From assembly GCA_964291405.2 (NCBI GenBank), contig OZ219926.1, positions 3,904,001 through 3,968,000 of the forward strand: DNA of 64,000 nt, written 5' to 3'. Source of the DNA: Thermodesulfobacteriota bacterium. Lineage in GTDB: Bacteria > Desulfobacterota > Binatia > Bin18. The position numbers were made by a program, and so were the translations under genes. The first letter of the stretch is position 1, and each line of letters begins with the position of its first letter. A model generated the notes under the pieces. That model was not told where the DNA came from and did not search any database. It worked only from the letters and a program-made list of their open reading frames with translations. This document shows positions 19,038 through 28,294 of the stretch, one piece after another.

Positions 19038-20090
19038 ATGATTAAGGCCAAGGCTGAAGTCGAACAGCTTGAGCCCTATGTTGCCCCGCTTGAAGGGCGG
19101 CGGCCAATGCTGCGCCTCGACTTTAACGAAAACACGCTCGGCCCGAGCCCGAAAGTGGTTGAGGCCATTCGCCGCCTCCCGCCTAATGCCTATGCGACCT
19201 ATCCTGAATATGCTGGCCTGAATGAGGCTTATGCGGCGTCCATCAACGTCCCGGCCCAATACGTTGAAGCTTTTAACGGGGTGGACGCGGCCATTCACAC
19301 CATTTTTGATGTCTACGGCGAAAAGAGGAGCACCTTTCTGACAACCGCGCCGACCTTTGGCTATTACAAGCCGTGCGCGCTTCAGCACGGCATGCAGCAG
19401 GATGAGGTCCTGTATCCCGCTGACCTGAGCTTCCCGCTTGAGCCTATGCGTGAGCGGCTCACGCATACGCCTCGGCTATGTTTTATCTGTAATCCCAATA
19501 ATCCAACCGGCACGCTGCTCGAACCGCAGACCTTGCTGGAGTTGGCCCGCACCGCGCCCGACACCTTGGTTGTGGTAGACGAGTTATACGCGGATTTCAC
19601 AAAGAAGTCGGTCCTGCCGGCCGCCCTTGAGTTGGACAACGTCGTGGTGCTTCAGTCCCTGTCCAAATCTGCGGGCCTGGCCGCATTGCGCTTAGGCTTT
19701 GCCATTGGCCAGCCCGAGGTGGTGAGTCGGCTCAGCCGCGTCACTGGCCCCTATGATATTAACGCCTTTGCGGTGATTGCTGGAAGAGCCGCGCTTGCCG
19801 ACCGTGCCTATGTCGAACAGTACGTCCAGCAGGTCCACGCTGCCAGGGAGTGGGTGACGCAACAGCTCCGGCGTTTGGGCGTGCGATATTTTGGACAGGG
19901 CGGCAACTATCTGCTCGTCTGGCCGCCGCAAGAGTGCGAGGTGGTTGAAAGCGCACTGCGCGAGCAAGGCATCCTAGTCCGTAATATGCAGGGCAAGCCC
20001 GTGATTGACGGCAGCTTTCGGCTGAGTCTCGGTACGCTCGAACAGATGCAGCGGTTCATGCAGGCGTTTACCGAGATCGTCGAGTCGTAG
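19038..20090 (+). CDS. hisC: Histidinol-phosphate aminotransferase
   Basis: LDFNEN, NGVD, CNPNNPTG, VDELY, SLSKSAGLAALRLG. Confidence 0.8.
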   Translation: MIKAKAEVEQLEPYVAPLEGRRPMLRLDFNENTLGPSPKVVEAIRRLPPNAYATYPEYAGLNEAYAASINVPAQYVEAFNGVDAAIHTIFDVYGEKRSTFLTTAPTFGYYKPCALQHGMQQDEVLYPADLSFPLEPMRERLTHTPRLCFICNPNNPTGTLLEPQTLLELARTAPDTLVVVDELYADFTKKSVLPAALELDNVVVLQSLSKSAGLAALRLGFAIGQPEVVSRLSRVTGPYDINAFAVIAGRAALADRAYVEQYVQQVHAAREWVTQQLRRLGVRYFGQGGNYLLVWPPQECEVVESALREQGILVRNMQGKPVIDGSFRLSLGTLEQMQRFMQAFTEIVES

Positions 20091-20246
20091 CACGGGGGAA
20101 ACGCCCTAAATACCCTCGCCGTTCTGATGGAAGCTCACGCCGGTATTCGCGCTCAAAGCGGCCGCTCTCCAGAGCGCAGTACATGCTGCACTCTTTGATC
20201 GCTCCATTTCAGCGAATCTGCGTCAGGTTTGACTGGTGAAGAGTGT

Positions 20247-22064
20247 CTAGGCCGTGCACTCGCCTTCGCCGCGTTCAAGTTTATAGACCCGATTCTGGTT
20301 CCAATCGATAAACTCGTGTATATGCTCATCGTCAAATGTCACCGGAAGTGATAGATCTGTGATCAGGTTCTCAAATGAGTCGGCTCCCACACGCTCGACG
20401 AAGGCAGCGAACGCCTCGCCCGCACGACGATACGTCTGATAATACTGGACGAATCGTTCGACCGCCTCGGGGACCCGTTTGGACGGAACACGGACATCCA
20501 GGCGTTGACCCATAAGGACCTGGCCTCCATCGTATTGGCCGCCCAGCATGACGATATAGGCCGGGACCTGATGCTTGTCGAACTTCATGGCCGCACCGTA
20601 AAAGCCGATATCGGCAATATGGTGGCGTCCACAGCCGTTGGGACAGCCACTGATCTTGATATGGATTTTTTTGGTGAGCGAATCATCGATGGCGAGGGCT
20701 TCAGCTCGCCGTTGGATTGCCTGCGCCAGACCCATGGAGTTCGTAATGCCGAGCTTGCAACTGTCAGTCCCAGGACAACTCACGACGTCATTGATCTGAT
20801 GCGCCCCGGCATCGCCCAGACCGATTGCCTGCAAGCGCCTCCACACATCATACAAGCTCTCGTTCCGAACCCAACGCAGCACCACGTTCTGTTCGTCCGA
20901 TGTCCGCGCGTGGCCTCCGGTGAACTCGCGCATGATCTGCGCCACACCGCGGAACTGTTCCGGCGTCAGATTCCCCTGAGCGATCTTCACTGCTGCGGTC
21001 GAAAAGCCATCCTGGCGTTGCGGCTGCACATTGGCTGCGGCCCAGCGGGCGAACTCCTGATGGTCGCCGTTCGGGCTGCCGGGATTGATGGGCGCACGCG
21101 GGGCTCGCTCTCCTTCGTTGTCATTCCATTGCAGGGGCTCGGGGTCAAAGTTGCGCTCGTTGACCCAGTCGCCTCGCATTTCCGCATCAACGAGCGCGCG
21201 AAACGCCTCCAGGCCAATCCGGTCGATAAAGAATTTGATCCGGGCGCGGGCGCGGTTTTTGCGCAACTCGTCTTGTCGGTCAAAAATGCGGATAACCGCT
21301 TCCGCGACTCTGAGATAGTCGTTGAGCCCAACAAAGTTGTACAACACGCGACCCACCCTGGGCAGAATCGATGTCCCCCCGCCAGTATAGACGCGAAAGC
21401 CCTTGCAGTTGTCTTTGAGGCGAGGAATAAAGCCTAGGTCGTGGATACCCGTCACTGCACGGTCTTTCTCGGTACTGGAGAAGGCGATCTTGAATTTTCG
21501 GGGAAGAGCCTGAGTCAGTTCGTTCCGAATAAAATAGCGGACCAGTACGCCCACGTATGGGGTAGGGTCAAATGTTTCGTCCGGGTCGACACCGGCAAAG
21601 GGATCACACACCACATTCCGGACCGTATTGCCGCACGCCTCCCGCGTCGACAAACCGGCGTCACCAAGCCTTCGCAGTATCCGTGCGGCTTCCAACAGTG
21701 GAATGAAATGGAACTGGACATTTTGCCGGGTCGTGATGTGGCCTTTTTTGAGCGGTGCATAGGTTTCGGCGATCTCGGCAAAGGTGTCGAACTGATCCGG
21801 CGTGAATCCACCAAAGGGGAGCTTGACCCGGATCATCTGGACGTCCGGCTGCCGTTGTCCATAGACGCCCTGGCGGAGCCGGAAACCCATAAATGTCTGA
21901 CGGCCTGTCTCTCCATCAAGGAACTTTTGCGCTTCAGCATCAAAATCGTCGAATTCCCTTTCGAGAATGGGGATGACACGGCCGGGAATATGTGGGTGCA
22001 TTTCAGGGTTCTCAAGCGTGCCTACACGTCCCCTCTGGTCGCCTGCTGTCGTAGATGTATTCAT
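20247..22064 (-). CDS. Ferredoxin-type sulfite/nitrite reductase hemoprotein
   Basis: GVYGQR, TTRQNVQ, ACGNTVRN, LPRKFK, siroheme/4Fe-4S motifs CPGTDSC and SGCPNGCG. Confidence 0.9.
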   Translation of the reverse strand: MNTSTTAGDQRGRVGTLENPEMHPHIPGRVIPILEREFDDFDAEAQKFLDGETGRQTFMGFRLRQGVYGQRQPDVQMIRVKLPFGGFTPDQFDTFAEIAETYAPLKKGHITTRQNVQFHFIPLLEAARILRRLGDAGLSTREACGNTVRNVVCDPFAGVDPDETFDPTPYVGVLVRYFIRNELTQALPRKFKIAFSSTEKDRAVTGIHDLGFIPRLKDNCKGFRVYTGGGTSILPRVGRVLYNFVGLNDYLRVAEAVIRIFDRQDELRKNRARARIKFFIDRIGLEAFRALVDAEMRGDWVNERNFDPEPLQWNDNEGERAPRAPINPGSPNGDHQEFARWAAANVQPQRQDGFSTAAVKIAQGNLTPEQFRGVAQIMREFTGGHARTSDEQNVVLRWVRNESLYDVWRRLQAIGLGDAGAHQINDVVSCPGTDSCKLGITNSMGLAQAIQRRAEALAIDDSLTKKIHIKISGCPNGCGRHHIADIGFYGAAMKFDKHQVPAYIVMLGGQYDGGQVLMGQRLDVRVPSKRVPEAVERFVQYYQTYRRAGEAFAAFVERVGADSFENLITDLSLPVTFDDEHIHEFIDWNQNRVYKLERGEGECTA

Positions 22065-22108
22065 AGTTCGGTCCCCTCGGAGTCAGTTGCTAGGTATAAG
22101 GTTAAATA

Positions 22109-22246
22109 TCTACTAAATCTATGGATTTTATAGATTTTAAAGTTTATTTATAAATATTCGTCCCTCCCTGTCAAGCACCTTGCGAGTGAAAACTCTGTAA
22201 ACACACGGGGATTGACCGAGAGAGTCATTGTCTACTAAATAAATAG
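22109..22246. promoter_or_regulatory. Two candidate Rrf2 operator sites
   Basis: TCTACTAAAT at 22109-22118 and 22231-22240 in the AT-rich divergent intergenic region. Confidence 0.55.
22147..22174 (-). promoter_or_regulatory. Sigma70-like promoter for the sulfite reductase gene
   Basis: Minus strand TTGACA (22174-22169), 16-nt spacer, TATAAA (22152-22147). Confidence 0.55.
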
Positions 22247-22252
22247 GGGTTT

Positions 22253-22717
22253 ATGAAAATCTCGAAGAAAAGCGAATATGCTCTCAGAGCACTTGCCTGC
22301 CTGGGGGCGCCGGGTGCCCCTGAGGTGTTGTCTATTCAGGAGATTGCCCGTCGAGAGCGCATTCCCAAGAAGTTTCTGGAACAAGTGCTGCTCGCCCTCA
22401 AGCGAGTAGGGCTTGTCCAGAGTACGCGTGGCAAGGCCGGAGGGTATACCTTATCAGGCGACCCGCAGGCCATTTCATTACAGACGGTTGTCTGGGCGGT
22501 GGACGGTCCACTGGCCCTCTTACCCTGTGTAGCCGACGCAAACCCGGTCAAATGTGCGGACTGTGCCACTCTCGAATATTGCTGGCTGCGCGGTATTATG
22601 CTGGAAGTCGGTGAGTCCATCGCCGCCGCCTTTGCTCGAGTGAGTGTGGCGGAGATGTGTCAACGGGCGGAAGCCAGTCGCCGCCACGAGTCGCACGTGC
22701 CGATGTATGATATCTAG
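22253..22717 (+). CDS. Rrf2 family transcriptional regulator (CymR/IscR-like, Cys-rich C-terminus)
   Basis: KKSEYALRAL, FLEQVL..LK..GLV.S.RG..GGY.L, C...C..C.....C. Confidence 0.92.
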   Translation: MKISKKSEYALRALACLGAPGAPEVLSIQEIARRERIPKKFLEQVLLALKRVGLVQSTRGKAGGYTLSGDPQAISLQTVVWAVDGPLALLPCVADANPVKCADCATLEYCWLRGIMLEVGESIAAAFARVSVAEMCQRAEASRRHESHVPMYDI

Positions 22718-22759
22718 AGACGCGGTTGGGAGAGGTGCCCGCTCGCTGGACAGAAAGGC

Positions 22760-22788
22760 TTGACGTAGACCCGCAGTCTTTTTAGGGT
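22760..22788 (+). promoter_or_regulatory. Sigma70-like promoter for the GST gene
   Basis: TTGACG (22760-22765), 17 nt, TAGGGT (22783-22788). Confidence 0.45.
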
Positions 22789-22832
22789 CAGTATGTAAAG
22801 AGATTTGCGCGCAATACGAAGAGGAGCCCGGT

Positions 22833-23456
22833 ATGACTATCAAGAGAAAGCTGTTCGACTATCTGCCTTGACCGTTCGCCATGAGGACAAGGATTGTTCT
22901 CAAAGAAAAGGCGCTCGACTTTGATCGCATTCTGATCGACCTGCCGAGCAAAGAACAAAAAGAGCCGTGGTTTCTTTCGATTAACCCGTATGGGAAGGTT
23001 CCGGTGCTTACCGAAGAAGGTGCCTGGGTTTACGAGTCGGCCATCTGTAACGAGTATTTAGAAGACAAATACCCCACGCCGGCACTCTCCCCGTCGGCGC
23101 CGGCCGCCAAGGCTGAAATGCGGCTGCTCATCGAACTGTGTAACAGCCAGTTCGTGCCGCCGATTATCCGTCTGCTCTACACCAGCCGGAAACCCAAAGC
23201 CGAGCAAGACCCGGCACGCATGGCCCGGAATACCGACCAGCTCAACGCGCTCTTTCCGCAACTCGAAGAACAGCTCCAGAATCAAGACTATCTCATGGGC
23301 GACTATAGCCTGGCCGATCTTACCTTTACCCCGTTTCTTGGGTTGTGTGACAAATTAGGCATCGACCTCAGTCCATTTCCACACGTCGCGGCCTGGGCCG
23401 AGCGGTTGAAGAGCCGGCCGAGTTACGAAGAGGTCCGGATTGGTCTGACCGGTTAG
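22833..23456 (+). CDS. Glutathione S-transferase, probable selenoprotein (Sec at codon 13)
   Basis: RBS GAGGAG 22821-22826; MTIKRKLFDYLP-TGA-PFAMRTRIVLKEK in frame with the 22881 ORF; NPYGKVPVL, YESAICNEYL, YSLAD GST motifs. Confidence 0.85.
22872..22902 (+). promoter_or_regulatory. Candidate bacterial SECIS hairpin
   Basis: Stem tgaggacaa (22882-22890) / ttgttctca (22894-22902) with one G-U pair; G-containing apical loop 18-19 nt after the TGA. Confidence 0.7.
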
Positions 23457-23619
23457 CCCACTTCTCCCTCTTTTTCTCGGGCGGCACATCTCGGGAGCGG
23501 TGGAGCCGCCGTCCCTGTGGGCGTGGGGGCGTGGTGCGAAGCCGGGCTGGATTTTTCCTGCTGCCTCGCCGGGAGCAAGCGCTACGAAAGCCGAGCGAAC
23601 TCCGGAACACAGAGTCCGA

Positions 23620-25239
23620 ATGAAAAAACGGGTTATCATCAGCATGGCGACACGTCTGGTCTGGGGAGTCTGTCTGCCGCTGCTCTTTTGCCTCGCTCCT
23701 GCCTCTGCTCAACCCGCTAAGGTGTTTGTGAACTCGGCCGTACTCGCCATCGGTGAACGGCCCGTCCTGCTGGACCTCAAAAGCCAGCGTATTATCAGCC
23801 GTGGCGAGAATTTTGAGCCCGACCTGAGTCCCCGCCCCGGAGCCGAGCCGCGGAAGGTGTCAGAATTTCGTTACGTACTCTTCCGAGACTTGGAGAAGGG
23901 CCGCGTGCGCTATGAGTGGGAGCGTACGCTGGTCTATCCCTTCCAGGAAACCTGGGCCTACACCGAGATCATGAACGGACTCGACGGAGCCATACTCGGC
24001 TGCGACGGCTTTGAGAGTCCCTGCCGCCGGGCCATGTCGGCCTCCCGTATTGCCGCCCGCCACAAAGAGCTGCGGCGCTCGCCCGTCTCCATCCTGATTC
24101 ATGCCCTGAGTCGTGCGGGTTCTTTTCTGCGTCTGATGGATCAAACGATTCATGGCCGCCGCCAGGTGGTTGTCTCGTTTAATGACAATACCCAACTTGT
24201 TCTGTTAGCCATCGACTCGGAAACACGCCTGCTGACCAAGGTCGTCTTTGTCGAAGACGACCCCTTGTACGGCGATGTGCAGAACGAGGTGTTTTTTTCT
24301 GACTGGCGCCAAGTCGGGAAGCTCAAACTCCCGTTCGAGCGCATCTATCGGGTCGACGGCCAGACCATCATGGTCGAACACGTTGAAGCCATTCAGAACG
24401 ATGTCGACCTGTCGCGCGTCGACTTTACCATTCCGGAAGAGATCGAGCACCCGGAAGAGTGGGACGGAGCGCGCGGAGAGCAGAGTTCGCACTGGGTGCT
24501 GCGTCAGATTGCGCAGGGCCACCCGGTCGATACGCCCGATTCAACGCTCGCGTTGCGTGACTTGGCCCCAGGCGTGATGCACATTGTCGGGGGCAGATAT
24601 CAGAGCCTGGCGGTTGAGATGGGTGAGTACCTGATTGTGGTTGAGGCCCCCCAGGACGACACGCACTCACGCGCCGTGCTGGACACCTTACGTCAGCGAT
24701 TTCCAACCAAGCCGGTCCGTTTTGTCGTGAATACCCATTTTCATAGCGAGCACGCGGGGGGACTGCGGACCTATGTGGCTGCCGATACCATTGTGGTGAC
24801 CAGTGCGTTGAACGTTCCACTCTTCCAGGATGTCTTTCGCGCTCTGCACACCCAAGTCCCGGACAGCCTCCAGCGTCGCCCGAGAATTGCGGTGATTGAA
24901 GCGGTCAGGAATGAACGCAAGTTTTTCGTGGATGAAAATCGGGTGGTGATTGTCTACCCGATTGAGACCGTTCATGTAGACGGCATGTTGATCGTCTATC
25001 TGCCTGAGGAACGCCTGCTTTTTGTGGCCGACCTGTTTACGCCGGGAGCCGTCCGACAGGTTGCCGATTGGGCTCGGGACCTCCTCAACGCCATTGAGAG
25101 CTACGACCTCGCAGTCGAGAGCATTGTCGGCAGCCGGGGAGGAGTCGGGACGCTGGATGAGTTGCGCCGCGTTGTTCGTGATCAGAATCGGTTGAGCCAA
25201 GAACGTGGGCCGCTACGAGCCACCGAAGATGACAGTTGA
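23620..25239 (+). CDS. Exported protein with C-terminal metallo-beta-lactamase-like domain (degenerate metal site)
   Basis: Signal peptide ...LAPASA; NTHFHSEHAGG, HVDGML, FVADLF; start uncertain (23620 or 23644). Confidence 0.75.
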   Translation: MKKRVIISMATRLVWGVCLPLLFCLAPASAQPAKVFVNSAVLAIGERPVLLDLKSQRIISRGENFEPDLSPRPGAEPRKVSEFRYVLFRDLEKGRVRYEWERTLVYPFQETWAYTEIMNGLDGAILGCDGFESPCRRAMSASRIAARHKELRRSPVSILIHALSRAGSFLRLMDQTIHGRRQVVVSFNDNTQLVLLAIDSETRLLTKVVFVEDDPLYGDVQNEVFFSDWRQVGKLKLPFERIYRVDGQTIMVEHVEAIQNDVDLSRVDFTIPEEIEHPEEWDGARGEQSSHWVLRQIAQGHPVDTPDSTLALRDLAPGVMHIVGGRYQSLAVEMGEYLIVVEAPQDDTHSRAVLDTLRQRFPTKPVRFVVNTHFHSEHAGGLRTYVAADTIVVTSALNVPLFQDVFRALHTQVPDSLQRRPRIAVIEAVRNERKFFVDENRVVIVYPIETVHVDGMLIVYLPEERLLFVADLFTPGAVRQVADWARDLLNAIESYDLAVESIVGSRGGVGTLDELRRVVRDQNRLSQERGPLRATEDDS

Positions 25240-25764
25240 AAACGATTCCCTCATAACGGACCGACAGGCGGAACAAGATCGGGTCTGGATGCACGCCGCC
25301 CCGAAGCCGCCCTGGCCGAAGCCGCAGACGAGGTGCCCATTGGTGCGGTCGTCGTCCTGGAAGGGCAAATCATCGGCAGAGGCCATAATACGCCTATTTC
25401 AACCACCGACCCGACGGCTCACGCGGAAATCCAGGCCGTGCGACACGCCGCGCAGCAGATGAAGAATTACCGGCTGGTAGACGCGACGCTGTACACAACC
25501 GTAGAGCCCTGTCTCATGTGTATGGGGGCGTTAGTGTCTGCACGAATAAAACGCCTCGTCTTCGGCTGTTTTGATCCTAAAGCCGGCGCCGCGGGGTCGC
25601 TGTATAATATTGCCCTGGATACCCGTCTGAATCATCGCCTGGACATCACGAGTGGGGTCTGTGAAGAGGAGTGTCGGACGCTACTCCAACGCTTCTTCCA
25701 AGAGAAACGGCAGCGCGCCACAAGGACTGACCCGTCTTTGCGCCCGTCCGGAAATCGCCTATAG
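25229..25764 (+). CDS. tadA: tRNA adenosine(34) deaminase, apparent frameshift near the N-terminus
   Basis: EVPIGAV, DPTAHAEI, TVEPCLMC, DPKAGA, LNH; upstream DRVWMHAA is in another frame, break at about 25300. Confidence 0.85.
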
Positions 25765-25790
25765 TGAGGGGCGAGCTTCGCTCAGGAGTC

Positions 25791-25880
25791 GGAGAGGTGG
25801 CAGAGTCCGGTTGATCGCGCACGACTCGAAATCGTGTATACCTTCGGGTATCGAGGGTTCGAATCCCTCCCTCTCCGCCA
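25791..25880 (+). tRNA. tRNA-Ser(CGA)
   Basis: GGAGAGG acceptor stem, anticodon arm cacga-ctCGAaa-tcgtg, long variable arm atacc-ttcg-ggtat, GGTTCGAATCC, encoded CCA. Confidence 0.95.
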
Positions 25881-26051
25881 TAACCTTAATATAAGTATCT
25901 GAAATATATAGACTTTTATAAAATCTACCTTATTATCCCCTTCATTTCTCTCACCATTTTTATATAGTATAGAGGGGAACATCTCGGACCTGCTGAGACA
26001 TCTCGCGCCCGGTCTCCTTGCCGCCGACGGGCAACACCAGGGGCACCACTC

Positions 26052-27860
26052 ATGAAGATTGTCGACGAACAGCGCGGCACGCGCGGTTTTCAAACGGATG
26101 TGGCCATGCGCGACGGGGTCACACTCAACACCTTTGTGTTTCTGCCGGCCAAAGGTGGTCCGCGCTTTCCCGTCATCGTGCACCGCACGCCCTACGGCAT
26201 CACGACTCCAGCGGGCGAGGCGGTGACCGACCCGGCCCAGGGCTGGTTGCCCAGTGCGGTCGCACCGCTGTACGGCCCCATCCTGCGCGGCTGGCAGGCC
26301 ATCGTCGACCACGGCTATGTGGCCGTGTATCAGGATACGCGCGGCCGCTACGCCTCCCAGGGTGAGGACCGCGTCTACGCCGACGATGCCGCCGACGGGT
26401 ACGACACGCTGGAGTGGATCGCGAGACAGCCCTGGACCAATCAGCGGGTGGGTGTCTCGGGCTCCTCTGCGGCAGCCACCACTGCATTAGCCGCTGCCAG
26501 CACCGGGCACCCGTCGCTGCGGGCCTTTTTTGCCCAGGTCGGCGCGTCCAGTATCTATGACGATGTCGTGTACGAAGGGCAGGCGATCGAGCTGGAACGG
26601 CTGTGGCTGTGGGTGGCGAAGAACATTCCCGGCTTGTCATCCTCCCATCGGCACGCCGCCATGCGCCGCGCGGATACGACCGAGGCCATGATGGTAGCCG
26701 CCCGCGACTCGGCCGGCGCCTGCTACGACCGGCTGGTAGCCGCCAGCCACGACACGCCGCCGTTCACTGATTGCCCGGACTGGCTGCGCTTGCCGTTGAC
26801 GAATCACCCGGACTTCACCGTCTGGCAGCCGTTCCTGAACGAGATCCTCACCCATCCGGCGCCTGACGCGTTCCGGACGGCGCACGATTTCCGCCGCGCC
26901 ATTACTATTCCCGGCTTTCACGCCACCACCTGGTACGACATCTTTCTGACCAGCGTGATGGCGGCATTTCAGGAGATTCAGGCGCGCACGGGGACGCAAA
27001 AACTGTGGATCGGCCCCAACGCGCACCATTTCATCTATCAAACCAACTGCTGGCCCCGCGACCCTTATTTCGAGTGGTTCGGCCACTATCTGAAGGACGA
27101 GCCATCTGATTTGATCGACGAAGCGGCCGTCTTCTATTCGCCCCGGGCGTGGGTCGAGGCGACAGAGAGCTACCGGCCCGATGATTGGCGACGTACGGAG
27201 ACCTGGCCGCCGGCCGGCGCGAGAACGCAGCGCGTATTCCTGACGGGCGACGGCCGCCTCGACGCGGCCCCGGCTGGGGGCTCACGGCGGTATATCTACG
27301 ATCCGCGCCAGCCGAACCCCACACTCGGCGGGCGCAACATGCTGATCACTGTCGGCCAAGTGGACCAACGCCCGGTCCAGGCCCGGCGGCACTACGGCCT
27401 GATGTATACCGGGGAGAAGCTGGACCGTGACCTGACGCTGGCGGGTGCGGTGCGGGTCACGCTCCATGTGAGTTCTGACTGCCCCGACACCGACTTTATT
27501 GCCAAGCTCATCGAAGTCACACCGGACGGGCGTACGCTGTTGCTCATGGATGGGGTGACCCGCGCCCTGTATCGGGAGTCGATCCTCGACCCGGCCAACA
27601 ATCATCCACAGCCTCTCGAACCCGGAACGGTCTATCCCGTCACGATCAACTTGGCCGAAATCCACCATACGGTTCGCGCCGGCAGCCGCCTGCAGGTCGA
27701 CATCGTCAGCAGTAATTTCCCGCGCCGCGCCCGCAACACGAACAGCGGCCACCCTGTCCTCGCGAACGACAGCGAGGCCGATATCCGTGTGGCGACCAAC
27801 ACGGTCTATCACGCCGCCACGACGCCATCCTTCGTAGAGATGTCGGTGTTGGTGAATTAG
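26052..27860 (+). CDS. CocE/NonD family hydrolase
   Basis: MRDGVTL, RTPY, QDTRGRYASQG, DGYDTLEW, GSS nucleophile elbow, WYD, YDP..P.PT.GG, SSNFPR..RN.N.G. Confidence 0.9.
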   Translation: MKIVDEQRGTRGFQTDVAMRDGVTLNTFVFLPAKGGPRFPVIVHRTPYGITTPAGEAVTDPAQGWLPSAVAPLYGPILRGWQAIVDHGYVAVYQDTRGRYASQGEDRVYADDAADGYDTLEWIARQPWTNQRVGVSGSSAAATTALAAASTGHPSLRAFFAQVGASSIYDDVVYEGQAIELERLWLWVAKNIPGLSSSHRHAAMRRADTTEAMMVAARDSAGACYDRLVAASHDTPPFTDCPDWLRLPLTNHPDFTVWQPFLNEILTHPAPDAFRTAHDFRRAITIPGFHATTWYDIFLTSVMAAFQEIQARTGTQKLWIGPNAHHFIYQTNCWPRDPYFEWFGHYLKDEPSDLIDEAAVFYSPRAWVEATESYRPDDWRRTETWPPAGARTQRVFLTGDGRLDAAPAGGSRRYIYDPRQPNPTLGGRNMLITVGQVDQRPVQARRHYGLMYTGEKLDRDLTLAGAVRVTLHVSSDCPDTDFIAKLIEVTPDGRTLLLMDGVTRALYRESILDPANNHPQPLEPGTVYPVTINLAEIHHTVRAGSRLQVDIVSSNFPRRARNTNSGHPVLANDSEADIRVATNTVYHAATTPSFVEMSVLVN

Positions 27861-28022
27861 GGCGACGTCGGAGGGATGGACGCCGAGCCCCAGGGCTGCG
27901 TGGGAGTGGGGAGCAAGACAACTGGCCTGGTATCGCCGTACTCACGACGGGCAGAATCCGTGCGATAACAAGACCCGGCGCACCGGCTAGAGATTCTGAG
28001 CGCCGCCGCCAGGGCGGTAGAC

Positions 28023-28169
28023 CTAGAGCAAATTACGATTCTGTGTAGCCGCCCGTCATTCCTGCGAAAGCAGGAATCCAGCCCCGCCCCCCGCCCTCTG
28101 GATGCCGGATCACGTCCGGTATGACGAAGGTGGAGCGATGTGGCTACAACTTATCGTAAACTGCACTAG
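28023..28169. mobile_element. MITE-like element with 28-bp imperfect terminal inverted repeats bounded by CTAG
   Basis: Left ctagagcaaattacgattctgtgtagcc; right reverse complement ctagtgcagtttacgataagttgtagcc; internal palindromes attcctgcgaaagcaggaat and atgccggatcacgtccggtat. Confidence 0.7.
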
Positions 28170-28294
28170 TGGTCGTGCCCTGCCGCCCGGCCGTCTACGA
28201 TCTGTGAACCGTCAACACCACCATCGACCTTGTCCGCGTGTGTCCTCGCCTACCATATCGCTCCTCCGTTTGTTCTGTGGTATGGTCACTAACG

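Noticed and set aside
22881-23456. GST starting at ATG 22881 as given in the ORF track
   Set aside because: No RBS at that ATG, and the product would lack the first strand and active-site motif
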